Part shown: piece after piece, positions 1-13,622 of the stretch
How positions within the stretch are numbered: position 1 is the stretch's first letter
Layout of the letters: each line of letters starts with the position of its first letter
NCBI RefSeq assembly: GCF_009914755.1
Contig: NC_060925.1
Length of the DNA: 64,000 bases
Direction: 5' to 3' (one strand)
DNA from: the human T2T-CHM13v2.0 reference genome, Homo sapiens
The notes under the pieces: generated by a model
What the model was told of the DNA's origin: nothing
What the model saw: only the letters and a program-made list of their open reading frames with translations
Database searches by the model: none
Program-made: the position numbers and the translations under genes

Positions 1-399
1 CTGGATCATAAATATTTTAAAGATAGAGATAAGAGGGTTTGAGGTTAAGAGTTTAAGTCAAAGATGATGTCAAAGTTTGTGGCTTGAGTAACTGAAAAGG
101 TGCAACTTTCCTTATGTGAATCTGACATAATAATCCAGTCATTTGCGTTAGCTTAGATTGGTGCAGTGATAAGTCTTATTTATCATGTTCACAAATATTA
201 ATGACTAAGGTACTTTTTAGTGAGATAAAGTAGGAGATGGAAAAATATATTGAAGAATTGATGTCAGGATGGCTGCCTGTTCATACTTCATATGAAGTGG
301 CAAAACTTTCATGCTAATTGTAATGAATAGCTTCTCAATGGAATATAGACTAAAATGATTTAGAATCAGAGAATTGGCTAAGCGTATTAATTGCTCATA

Positions 400-1130
400 G
401 AATTCAAGAGGGAAAGAAGTGAAAAATTCCCTTTTCTGTCTGTTGTTATAGTACTGGTTAAAATGAGACCTTAAGATAGAAAATAGTAGCAGGAGAAAAG
501 TGGAAAAGATAAGCCTTTTTCTATCATCTGAAGACCGTCTTCTCCGGACTATCTGAACAGGTATCATATTCACTCAAGTAACATAATAAAGACTACTGAT
601 TACTGAAAGACTATATAGGTATCTGTTGTCAAAACAAGTGATTATTAAATGGTAAGTACATTTAATAATCATTTGAGGGTAAGAAACTTGGACATTTCAT
701 AGAATAATTTCAGTGAAGCCTGGTAAATCATAATTAAAATGGACTATTAGAATTAAAGATCAGGGGCTTAAGACATGCATTTAAGATATCACGGAAGGCA
801 CTGATTATTTGTGTGGACAACCAATCCCCATGTGGATGCAATTTTCTGTAAGTAGATGCTTCTGAGAGTGTAACATCTAATTTGTGGCATTGAGTAAAGT
901 TTAAGACTTGTCAGACCTGCCTTGGGAGGGATAGCTTCCCCACCCCTTCCCCAGCCACAAATGGAATACTGCATTCCACAGTGAGAATGTGGCTGGATTC
1001 AAAGTCACTTTAATCTAGGTGTATGAATGTCAGGGAGAAACACTGAATTCAATGTCATTGACACAGTAATGATAGGTCCCTTGATGGGAGTGATCCCCAG
1101 ACTTGGATGACTTAACTAACTTTGGTCTTG
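400..1130 (+). mobile_element. Degenerate Ty3/Gypsy reverse-transcriptase fossil (MamGyp-int-like)
   Basis: Frameshifted RT motifs appear in the correct order: PFLSVVIVLVK/NETLR (430-476), DY*LL (591-605), YLLS for YPLP (620-631), LDIS..FQ (688-713), and DTVMIGPLMGVI/DLDDLTNF (1060-1123) for the YLDD motif. Confidence 0.6.
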
Positions 1131-1674
1131 GAAAGCCAAAAAAATAAGCAGGAGGCCGATTATTTCTGTGCAAATGATGTGTCTCAGTTAAGTCACTACT
1201 AAAAACAGAAGCCCAAAGTACAGTAATTTACTTGAAAGAGAATAAAGATTGGGTCTGAAAATGCTTTAACATCAACCTTTTTGGATTTGGAGGTGCTATG
1301 GTGGAGAGAAAAAAAGCAAAGGAGTTATGTTAAATATTGGAAGTATGACTGGAAAGATTATTTAATGATCAAGTAGCTTTTACCTGAATTTATAATTGGT
1401 AAGAATATCATTACAAATATTACACGTAACTAGGGCTTGTTGCCTTTGCATTTTTATGAACATATTGCTTGTACCTTGTTTTAATTGTCTAGGATAAATG
1501 AGAACCTTTAGAATTGCCTCAGTCTTCCTGATGTTAAGAATTAAGCAAAACTAAAGTCCAAAATCTAACAAAGGATCATTATTCTGATTAGGTAAATCTC
1601 TGACAGGTGAGTTTGGATTCCTACTCCCTTTCTTTTCATTAGTTTAATATGTTCAGGCCAATGAGTCAACCATT

Positions 1675-2690
<1,016 letters not shown>

Positions 2691-2768
2691 ATATCTTAAG
2701 TAGAAGACTGTCTTATGTTTGTTATAGCCCAAAACAGTCAGTGGCTTGTAACTGGATTTGGGTTGAAC

Positions 2769-2898
2769 TGAGGTATGAGATCAGCAGGACTTGTTTTCTG
2801 AGCACCAGTCATGATCCTGCTGGTCAAAAACAGGATCTGGTCAAAACAGGATGCAGTAAAGAAACTGGCCCAAATCAGCTAAAACCAAGATGGTGAAA
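2769..2898 (+). mobile_element. MER41 (ERV1) solo LTR, 5' part
   Basis: Starts TGAGG. aaaacaggatgcagtaaagaaactggc..aaaaccaagatgg is typical of MER41. Interrupted by an L1. Confidence 0.8.
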
Positions 2899-5800
2899 GA
2901 GGTGGAGCAAGATGGTGGAATAGGAAGCTCCACCAGTAGTCTCCCTGCCAAGGACACCAAGTTAGCAACTATCTACACAGAAAAAAACACCTTCTTCAGT
3001 GCAGTAGATCTGAAAAAGGCACTGAAAAGATAGAGAAAACAGTCCTGAATTACTGCCACGCTCCACCCTCCGCCCCTTCCAACCTCAGCAGCTGCAACTC
3101 GGGATGGAGAGCCTCTCTGGGCACTGAGGAAGGGAGAACACAGCAACTGGGGGACACTGAACTCAGTGCCGCTCTGTTAGAGCAGAAAGGAAAACCAGAT
3201 TAAACTCAGCTGATGCCCGCCCATGGAGGGAACATTTAAACCAGCCCTAGGCAGAGGAGATTCACCAATCCCAACAGCCTGAAATTGAGTGCCTGCAAAC
3301 CTTGCCACTGAGGGATACAGTATTCTGTGTCTGTAAGTAAACTTTAAAAGCAGTTTAGGCCCTAAAGACTGAAACTTTTAGATGAGTCCGAAGGCTCAAC
3401 TAATCCCAAAGACATCACATTCAGCGTTGGCCAGATCGTCCAGACAATTAACAAAAGAACATCAGATTTAATCTGCACTATAGACCAAAGGGACCTAATA
3501 GATATTTAAAGAACGTTTTATCCAAGGGCTCCAGAACACACATTCTTTCCTCAGAAAATAAATTATTCTCAAGGATAGACCAATATGTTAGGTCATAAGA
3601 CAGGTCTTAAAACATTAAAAAAATGAAATAATATCAAGCATCTTCTCTGATCACAAAGGAATAAAACTAGAAATTAATAACAAGAGAAATTTTTGGAAAC
3701 TATACATATACAAATAAACAATATGCTCCTGAATGACCAGTGGGTCAATGAATAATGTAACAAAGACATTTAAGACATTTAAATTTTTTTTGAAGCAAAT
3801 GATAATGGAAACACAACATATCAAAGCCTAGAGGATCCAGCAAAAGCAGTACTAAGAGGGAAGTTTACAGCTATAAGTCTTGTATAAAAGAGGAAAATCT
3901 TCAAATGAAGAATCTAACAGTGCGTCTTAAAGAACAAGAAAAGAAAGAGCAAACCAAACTCCAAATTAGTAGAAGAAAAGAAATAATAAAAATAAGAACA
4001 AAAATACATGAAATTGAAATGAAAACAACATACAAAATATGAATGAAATAAAAATGTGAGTTTTTAAAAATGTAAACAAATTTCACAAACATTTATCCAG
4101 ACTAAGAAAAAAAGAGAGAAGATTCAAATAAATAAAATTAGAAACGAAGAAAGAGACATTACAACTGATACTGCAGAAATCCAAGGGTCATTACTGGCTG
4201 CTATGAGCAATTATATGCCAAAACATTGGAAAAACTAGGATAAATGGACAAATTTCTACCTACATACAACCTACCAAGATTTTATCAGAAAGAAACCCAA
4301 AAAACCGAACAGACCAATTACAAGTAATGAGATTGAAGTCTTAATAAAAAGTCTTCCAGTAAAGAAAAGCCTGGGACCCGATGGCTTTACTGCTGAATTC
4401 TTCCAAACATTTAAAGAATTATTACCAATCCTACTCAAAGTATTCCAAAATATATAGGAGGTGGGAATAGTTCAAAACTCATTCTATGAGATCAGTCTTA
4501 CCGTGATACCAAAACCAGACAAAGACAAATTAGAAAAACAAAACTACAAGCCAATATCACTGGTGAATATTGACACAAAAATTTTCAACAAAATACTAGC
4601 AAACCAAATTCAACAATACATTAGAAAGATTATTTATCATGGCCAAATGGGATTAATCCCTGGGATGCAAGTATGGTTCAACATATGCAAATATGTCAAT
4701 GTGATACATCATATCTACAGAATAAAGGATAAACCCATATGATCATTTCAATTAATGCTGAAAAAGCATTTGATATAATTCAACATCTTTTCATGATAAA
4801 TACCCTCAGAAAAGTAGGCATGGAAGTAATACATCTCAACATAGTAAAAGCCATATACAATAGACCCACAGCTAGTAACATACAAGGAATGGGGAAAAAC
4901 TAACAGCCTTTTCCCTAAGGTCTGGTACACAACAAGGATGTCCCCTGTTACCACTGCTATTCAGCATAGTACTGGATGTCCTAGCTAGAGCAATGAGACA
5001 AGAGAAAGATATAAAATGGCATTCAAATTGGAAAGTAAGAAGTCAAATTGTTCTTGTTCACAGATAATATAATTTTATATTTGGCAAAACCTAAAGACTC
5101 CACGAGAAAACTACTAGTAGTGATAAGCAAATTCAGTAAAGTTGCAGGATACAATATCAACATACAAAAATTAGCAGCATTTTTATATGTCAAAAGTGAA
5201 CAATGTGAAAAAGAAACAAAAAAGTAAACCCATTTACAATAGTGACACAAAAAATTAAATAACAAAAAATTAACCAAACAAGTGAAAGATCTCTATAATG
5301 AAAACTATAAAACACTGATAAAAGAAATTACAGAAGACACAAAAAATGGAAAAATATTCTATATTCATGGATTAGAAGAATCAATATTGTTAAAATATTC
5401 ATAGTTCCCAAAGCAATCCACAGATTCAATGTAATCTCTATCAAAATACCAATGACATTCTACACAAAAATAAAAAATAAAATCCTAAGACGTATATGGA
5501 ATTAGACCCATATCTAAAATATATATGAAACTAGACCCCTCTATCTTGCCACATACAAACATCAAATCAAAATGGACTAAATACTTAAATTTAAGACTTC
5601 AAACTATGAAACTGTTACAAGAAAACATTGGGAAAAATTTCCAGGGCATTGGTCTGGGCAAAAATGTATTGAGCAATCCTCATAAGCACAGGCAACGAAA
5701 GCAAAAATGGACAATTGAGATGACATCAAGTTAAAAATCTGCACAGCAAAGGAAACAATCAACAAAGTGAAGTGACAACCTTATAACCAAAATATATAAG

Positions 5801-6838
5801 GAACTCCAACAACTCCACAGGAAAACAAATCTAATAATCTAATCTAAAGATAGGCAAATAATTTGAATAGACATTTCTCAAAAGAAGACATACAAATGGC
5901 AAACAGGCATATGAAAAGGTGCTCAACATCATTGATCATTAGAGAAACGCATATCAAGACTACAATGCAATATCATCTCACCCCAGTTAAAAAGTCTTAT
6001 ATCCCAAAGAGAGGCAAAAATAACAAATGTAGATGAGGATGTAGAGAATAGGGAACCTCATTGGCTGTTGGTTGGAATGTAAGTTAGTACAATCACCGTG
6101 GAGAGCAGTTTGGAGGTTCCTCAAAAAACTAAAAGTTGAGCTGCCATAGGACCCAGCAATCCCATTGCTATGTATATACCCCAGAGAAAACAAATCAGTA
6201 TATCAAAGAAATATCTGCACGTCTATGTTTGTTGCAACATTGTTCATAATAGCTCAGATTTGGAAGCAACCTAAGTGTCCATCCACAGATGAGAGATAAA
6301 GAAAATGTGGTACCTATTACACAATGAAGTTCTATTCAGCAATAAACAAGAATGAGATGTAGTCATTTTCAACAACATAGATGGAATTGACGATCATTAT
6401 GTTAAGTGAAATAGGCCAGGCACAGAAAGACAAACATCACAAGTTTTCACTTACTTGTGGGTTCTAAAAATGAAAACAATTTAATTCATGGACATAAAGA
6501 GTAGAAGATGGTTACCAGAGGCTGGAAAGGGTAACGGGAGGTTGGGGAGGGAGATGGTGATGGTTAATGGTTACAAAACAAAATTAGAAAGAATGAATAA
6601 GACCTACCATTTGATAGTACAATAAGGTGACTAAAGGCAATAATAACTGCATTGTATATTTAAAATAATTTAGAGAGGGTAATTGGATTGTTTGTAACTC
6701 AAAGAATCAAAGTTTGAAGGGATGAATACCCCGTTCCTCATGATGTGCTTATTTCACATTGCATTCCTGTATGAAAAAATCTCATGTACCCCATAAATAT
6801 ATAGACCTACTATGTACCCCCCAAAATTAAAAATAAAT
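2899..6838 (+). mobile_element. L1MA1/L1MA2-type LINE-1 with 5'UTR fused to ORF2 (ORF1 absent)
   Basis: The 5' end gaggtggagcaagatgg joins endonuclease-region sequence at about 3415. ORF2 remnants (4461-4742 [14 protein letters not shown]) are present, then an L1MA-type 3'UTR and A tail. Confidence 0.9.
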
Positions 6839-6842
6839 GATC

Positions 6843-7273
6843 ATGGTGATGAAAGCAATCTCTCATTGCTCTCATTGCTCATGATATGCTAATTATAATG
6901 CATTTCCATGCTAAAATACACTCCCAACAGTGCCATGACAGTTTATAAATGCCATGGTAATGCCTGGAAGTTACCTTTTATGGTTTTAAATGAGAGGAGC
7001 CCTTAGTTCCAGGAACTCCCCATCCCTTTTCTAGAAACTTTGTGAATAACTCATTTCTTACTTAGCATATAATTAAGGAGTAGCTATAAATATAGCTGGT
7101 CAGCAATCCACAGGTGTTACTCTGCCTAGAGGGTAGCCCTGCTCTGTCTATCAAACAGCCATTTTTCTATACTCTGTTATTCTAATAAACTTGCTTTGCT
7201 TTCAATTTACTCTGTCAGTCAAAGCCAAGAACCCTCCTGGGTTGAGCCCCAATTTGAGGGTTCTCCTGGATCA
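6843..7273 (+). mobile_element. MER41 solo LTR, 3' part
   Basis: Contains actcccaacagtgccatgacagtttataaatgccatgg, a TATA-like box (~7086), AATAAA (~7184) and a CA end. The 4-bp TSD is gaac/aaac. Confidence 0.85.
7007..7015. promoter_or_regulatory. GAS (STAT1) motif TTCCAGGAA within MER41
   Basis: Exact TTCN3GAA at the position of the known MER41 GAS pair. The second site (TTTCTAGAA, 7028-7036) is degenerate. Function is untested. Confidence 0.4.
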
Positions 7274-7414
7274 AAACTGCTCCCACCATCATGGGACATC
7301 ATATCATTCTGATGCCTGAGTTATTGATTATTCCTTAGCTAATGCCAGAAGACAACTGGGAAGAGGATAGTACAGCGAAGTTTACTAATAAATATTTATA
7401 TGCTTAAGGGTCTG

Positions 7415-7710
7415 TTTAAGGGTACAGGGGAGAAGAGAATGAAGGGATTATTGGGTACAAATATTCAGTTAGGTAGAAGAAATATGATCCACTGTTCAAT
7501 AGATCAGCAGGGTGTCTATAATTTACAATAGTACATTTAAAAATAGCTAGAAGGAAGTAATTCAAATGTTTCTAGCAAGAAGAAAAGATACATATTTAAG
7601 GTGATTGATAGCCCGATTACTCTTATTTGATCTTCATGTATTTTATGAATGTATTGTTATCACAGATACTTCCAAAATATGTATATCCATTATGAATGAA
7701 TACATAAATA
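7415..7710 (+). mobile_element. L1MA (L1MA5-like) 3' end fragment
   Basis: gggtacaaatattcagttaggtagaagaaat..aaaatagctagaag..ttaaggtgattgata matches an L1MA 3'UTR. Confidence 0.75.
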
Positions 7711-7949
7711 AATGACTTTGGAATTAAGATAATATTGGTCATAGGTTTTGATGGGCCTGGTTATCCAGGCCAAGTTTATTTATTAAGTTGGGATAGAAAT
7801 AGTACCTACTATTTTTATAAGGATTAAACAAGTTGCTCTAAAGATTAAGTAATACTATGTCTATTAAATAATTAATGCCTACAACTGAAATAAAAAAAAA
7901 TTTGCTTTGCCTTTTTTTAAAAAAAGAAAAAGAATATATTAAAGGGAGA

Positions 7950-8240
7950 AGTTCACTGTACTCACATAGGGCCAATGAAGGTGTCCTTTGCACATGGACC
8001 ACTGTGTGTTCTAAGCAGTATGATAGGCAAAACAGCCACTCTGGTTCACTGATATTTGATGCCTGTTATTACAGACAGCTCCCATCCAAAGGTACACCAA
8101 CTTATTCTCTGGGAAGTGTTATGCTACACTCAGATGGAACTACATTTGAGGGTTTAATGTATCAATTGGCAGTCTCAAGGAACACTGATACTTGGAGGTT
8201 CAGACCATTTTCCCAAACTGCCCATGTTTCATCAATGTGC
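7950..8240 (+). mobile_element. Degenerate Ty3/Gypsy integrase fossil
   Basis: GVxxT...C spacing of 28 codons (7980-8066) matches the Gypsy zinc-finger region. Also RWNYI (8132-8146) and SQGTLILGGSDHFPK (8173-8217), compared with the Gypsy core SQGNTVILVVVDRFSK. Confidence 0.5.
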
Positions 8241-8379
8241 AATGGGAACAATACAGGTAGTGGCATGGTAAGCACTAGCTCCACTTTGGTAAACAGACTG
8301 TAAAAGTGATAGGAGTTCATCTATGGCTAATAAATCAGGACAACCTAGAAACTCGCCATCATGAAGCACAATACTTGTT

Positions 8380-8794
8380 AACCCAAAAAGGGACACTAGA
8401 GAGAGCTATCTTCCAGGAAAGAAGCTGTAACTGGAAAGAAGCCTGGAGAGACAACAGTGTCAAATGAATAGAGAAATTGAATACTGACACTAATAAAGAA
8501 CTATACCCACCAGTAATGCTACCAGAGGGCTTGTGCCCTCACTCAAGAATGATTGTTCATATTTGCATATTCGCTATGGAAAGAGTTTGTTGGAAAATGG
8601 TAGTAATCTTAAATAATTGCAGGACATTACTGGGCAGTGTGGCTTTTATCATTGTTCTCTAATTGCTCTAATACCCAGAATAAAAAAAAAAAGAATGTAT
8701 CTTTCTTGTGCCACAACTGGCTGGAATTGGACATAAAAAGAAACAACACAATGTCAGCTTCATTGGGAGCGTGGGGATAGATAGCAGTGTCACA
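8380..8794 (+). mobile_element. Gypsy-type LTR (LTR85/MamGypLTR-like), 3' portion
   Basis: AATAAA near 8678 and the terminus ggggatagatagcagtgtcaca resemble recalled mammalian Gypsy LTR ends. TGGCGCC follows at 8798. Confidence 0.5.
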
Positions 8795-11199
8795 TAATGG
8801 CGCCTGGAAGCCTACGTCTGTAAAGATTTATTCTATAATATCTGGGATATGTTTATGTCCATAAAACAAGTGAAATTCAGAAGTTCCTGAAAAATAGTCT
8901 CTAGTTACCACCTAAGTAACTGGGAAAGTGGTACATGGGAAAAGGTCATTTCTGTTGGGAATGAAAGGGACAATGATTAATTTTAACCTATGTCAAACAT
9001 TAATCTTTCTATGATAGCTATTTAGTGTAACAAAGGATTTGTATGTTCATTGATAGAATTAAAAGAAAACCAAATTTGTGTAAATGATGATTCTCCAACA
9101 TAAGAAAAATAACTTGTGAGTATGAGTTTAAGTCCCAAGTTGTTAGAATACATATAGAAGCTGATCGGGCTGAGAAGGAAGTAAATTTGACTTTAGAAAA
9201 TTACTCACTAAATTAAATGCCTTCAGCAACCTATATAGAATAATTCAAATAATTCTCGATCAAGAAGGTATTAGACAAAGCTACTAAACAAACATTAAAA
9301 CAGCTATAATGTATTGAATAGTGATCTTTATGGTGATAATAGGTAGAAAATATTAAAAGAAAAATAATGAATTTTATTTTGAAAAAGATAGAGAATTTTG
9401 ACATGAACAAAAGGGATACAACTGGTTAAATAGCTGAAGAACACTGGTTTTTTAGGAAAAGGAAATAGAAAATTACATAAATTTATGTTCTCAGTAATTA
9501 GCATCTTAACTTTTTTTAAATCATGAGTCCATTTATAACAATGATCAATAGTTGACCCATATACAAAGTTTCCTTATGAAATCACATTTTAATCAAATAC
9601 CACATTGAACTACTTAAATTTCATGGCATATAATCTTGCTAAAAATATGAAATAAAACTGACATACTTAGGTGGCAAATGTTGATAACTGCTTTCCAAGA
9701 TTTATTTTTATAACCTGGACATAATTTTTTAAAATACCCCAAATTTGTTTAACATAGTCTTAGTATTTAGAACACTCTGTTTCTTCTTTTCTTGTTCTTT
9801 CATATTGAAAATGATCATTACTGTTGAAAATATTCCTGAGTCTTGCCAGCAAAGTTTGTTCTCTACCAATGCTAAAACATCAAAAATAACAAGAGCAAAT
9901 TTAATTAGAAAGGCAAAAAAGCAGTTAATTAAAATTATAAAGTAAATCTGGCAATGTAGCTCTTCAAATATCTGTTGCATTGGTGATTAAGCCCTTATAA
10001 ACTAGGGAGCTGTTTACAATAATTTAATAATAGAATATAATATTGCTACTTCTAGAACATGAATGGTTCTAATTTTTTAATGTTGAAGACATATAATGTG
10101 TAGCAAGTGGCTTAATTTCTTAGGACACGTTGATATGAAGAAAAATGAAAATATAAGTTCACTTTCCTGGGTAAATATATTTATTTTTCCAAGTAGGAAC
10201 TATATTTTGTTAATTTTTATTTTTAAACACGAATTAAATCCGAAGTTCTCTCATTAGAAATACTTAATTTAGGTTTTTTTTCTTTTGAAAATTCAAATAT
10301 GTTATATTCCAAAATGGCTTTGTCAATTGCTATTTACTTGGAAAGATCAAGGAAATACTTCCTTAAAAATAAGTAAAGTTGTTCTGAAAAATCCTTCTAT
10401 TGTCTTAAATTAAAACACACTGGAAGTATATCACTAATTGTATGATTTTGGACAAATTAATTTTCTAAGCATCAATTCCTTCACAGTTAAAATAGGTAAT
10501 ATATGCCCTGCATTTGCTTTGCTTTTGTTTTGCTCTTAATGTTTACATACAATGGATATCAAATACATAAAACAGTAGGTATTGATAATCACATTTTTCT
10601 CTTTATCTTGTTTAATATACTATATATAATAATGAAATGTTTACAAGTAAATTGAAGTTTAGAAGTATATATGTAATTGTATTTCTCTAACTTAACTAGC
10701 TTTCCATCTTTTCATTACATTGAGAGAATACAACTTCCTAAATTATAAGTGAGAATATTATTGTGTTCCAGAAAAGAGAGAGTTAAGGTAGAAAAGAAAG
10801 TGAAGTTTCTGTATGGCCATCAAATTATCAGGCTAATTCCCTTTTCATATTATTTGAAAATAATTAGTTTGATTTCTCAGGGATGTATTATTGTGACCAG
10901 ATTTTTTTCATGGAAGTTATTGACTAAGTAAAGTAAAAACAAACAAACAAACAAAAACAAACAACAGCAACAAAAAACTGAGGTCTGGGAGCTTTAACTG
11001 AAACGAATACCTGGGTGTATGTTTAGGTCATGTAGAAAAAGATGTTGGGAGCCAAACTTTGGCTTCTTCTCAGGGACAATGATTCTGTGCCAATCAGTAC
11101 TTCAATTTCAATGGGTGGTGTAAATGGGCCCAAAGTGAGCTTAACATAAATCCCAAAGCAGGCTTTTTATTACACCTAAACACTGTGATGTTGGCTAAA

Positions 11200-11865
<666 letters not shown>

Positions 11866-11992
11866 GTTTGATATTGTACTATAGTTATGTAAGATGTCAA
11901 CATTGGGGCAAGCTGGGTAAAAGCTACACAGGATTTTGTGTATTATTTTTGGAAATTTCTATTTCATTATTGCTAAATAAAAAATTAAAAAT
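11866..11992 (+). mobile_element. L1MC-type 3' end fragment
   Basis: ttgtactatagttatgtaagatgtcaacattggggcaagctgggt. Confidence 0.6.
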
Positions 11993-13371
11993 ACGCTTCA
12001 AAGCTACAATAATTAAAATACTACAATACATAGGAAGGAATAGATGTCTGATTACAGGAGACAACAGCGTTCAATAAAAATAACACCAGTTTTTTGTTTG
12101 GGTTTATTAAATAACCTGAAATAATTTTTACGGACAAAAAAGATGAATGTCCTTAATACTATGATTTCATGTTAGTGGCCTGTTAAAGTATGTTTTCAAA
12201 ATTAATATGTTGTTATGTTTCCAAAGGAAATTTAATAGACAAAAATTTTCAAAACACTTTTTAATGGAATAGGCTTCTCTAGGAGCACCTAATGGGCTCT
12301 ACTAGAAATAGTTTTTTAAAAACGGTTTGGTAAATGCTGCCTTAATACATGAAAATCACTTTCAAGTAGATGTGAACAGAATTAACACTGAAATGAAAAA
12401 AATAAGCAAAACTAACAAACATAGAAGTAATAAAAATAAGTACAACTTTAAAAAAATTTTTTTTAGTGAATAAAGGATTGAAAAAGAAGAAATGGCTGGA
12501 TACTTTAAAAATTTACATACACAAAAGTAATTTCTGGAAAAATTAGTGTGTAAAAGTTAAAATAACAAAATACTAGATTTAATATTTGTTTAGTGTCATT
12601 TATGTGAATTTAATGTTTTAAGTACAGACTACGAATATCACAGAAATACAGATACAATTAGATTTCATTTAAATGTCAGCAAGAATTGTGGCCCAGCAAA
12701 AAAAAAAAGAAAAAAAGCAATATTAATATTAATGTGTCATTCGGGTGGTGCAGGACGTCCCGAAGGAAGTTATCTCTAATCGGGGAGGGGATGTAGAAGT
12801 CAGTGCCAGAAGGTCCATCTGGGTGTTATGCTTTTCTCAAGGAACATAACAGGTCATCTTTATTGAGACAAAGCCCCACCTCTCCTGGGATGATTATACT
12901 TCTCCTTAGTGGATAAATACATTTATTTGGGAATTTTAGAAATAAATGTAATGATGATGAAAATCATCAAACTCAAGAATATTATACTCATAATATCAAT
13001 GCTTGGTTAGATTCAGGAAAATATATGTGTCATTGATTTCAAATATGTTATTTGTAACAGTGTAAAGCACATTAGAGAATCTGACAGAATAGTCTTGTGA
13101 TGCCGATTTAAAACAGAGTATGGCTAAATATATGGATATCTCCAATTTCTTTTGACGTGTGTTAAAATTAAGGATTAATAGATGGATAGCTGCATATGCA
13201 AATAAGATAAAACGTTAATAATAGAATATAGGAGAGGATACATAGTTTTCCCTGTGAAGGTTTTGAAATGTTATTGTATATTTGAATATATTCATTAAAA
13301 ATGTTAGGGAAAGTAAAAGATGGCAATAAAAAAGACTGAACAATAAAACAAAGTGCAATCAGAGTCTATAT

Positions 13372-13500
13372 AGACTGTCTCTGCCCAATATGGTAGTCAG
13401 TAACAACATGCAGCCATTTAAATTTAAATTAGTTAAATTAAATAGAATTAGTAATTAATTTTCTCAGGCACAGTAGCCATATCTCAAATGCTAAAAGGGT
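13372..13500. mobile_element. MER3/MER33-type hAT-Charlie MITE fragment
   Basis: ctgcccaatatggtagtcagtaacaacatgcagccatttaaatttaaatt..tagccatatctcaaatgct. Confidence 0.6.
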
Positions 13501-13502
13501 GT

Positions 13503-13622
13503 GGAGTCGAGGCAGGAGAATCACTTTAGTCCAGAAGGCTGAGTCTGCAGTGAGCATTGATCACGCCACTGTGCCCCAGCCCAGATGAAAGAGTAAGAGT
13601 AGACCCTGAAAAAAAAAAAAAG
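13503..13622 (+). mobile_element. Old Alu (AluJ-like) right-arm fragment
   Basis: gaggcaggagaatcactt..ctgcagtgagc..agaccctg plus poly(A). Confidence 0.8.

Noticed and set aside
8040-8195. WFTD and NTDTW as ERVL RNase H motifs
   Set aside because: The spacing is too short for ERVL RNase H, and the Gypsy integrase reading explains more positions.
7875-8303. 142-aa ORF as a domesticated integrase gene
   Set aside because: The integrase-like motifs fall in three different frames and the key His/Cys/Asp residues are partly lost. The ATG lies in MIR/A-rich sequence. Treated as a fossil, not a CDS.
9738-9871. Possible minus-strand exon (ttttag acceptor, GGG|GTATTT donor)
   Set aside because: Weak donor, unrecognised peptide and no supporting neighbouring exons.
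12741-12766. GC-rich hairpin ttcggg..cccgaa as a small RNA
   Set aside because: Only a 6-bp stem, with no match to an RNA family I recognise.
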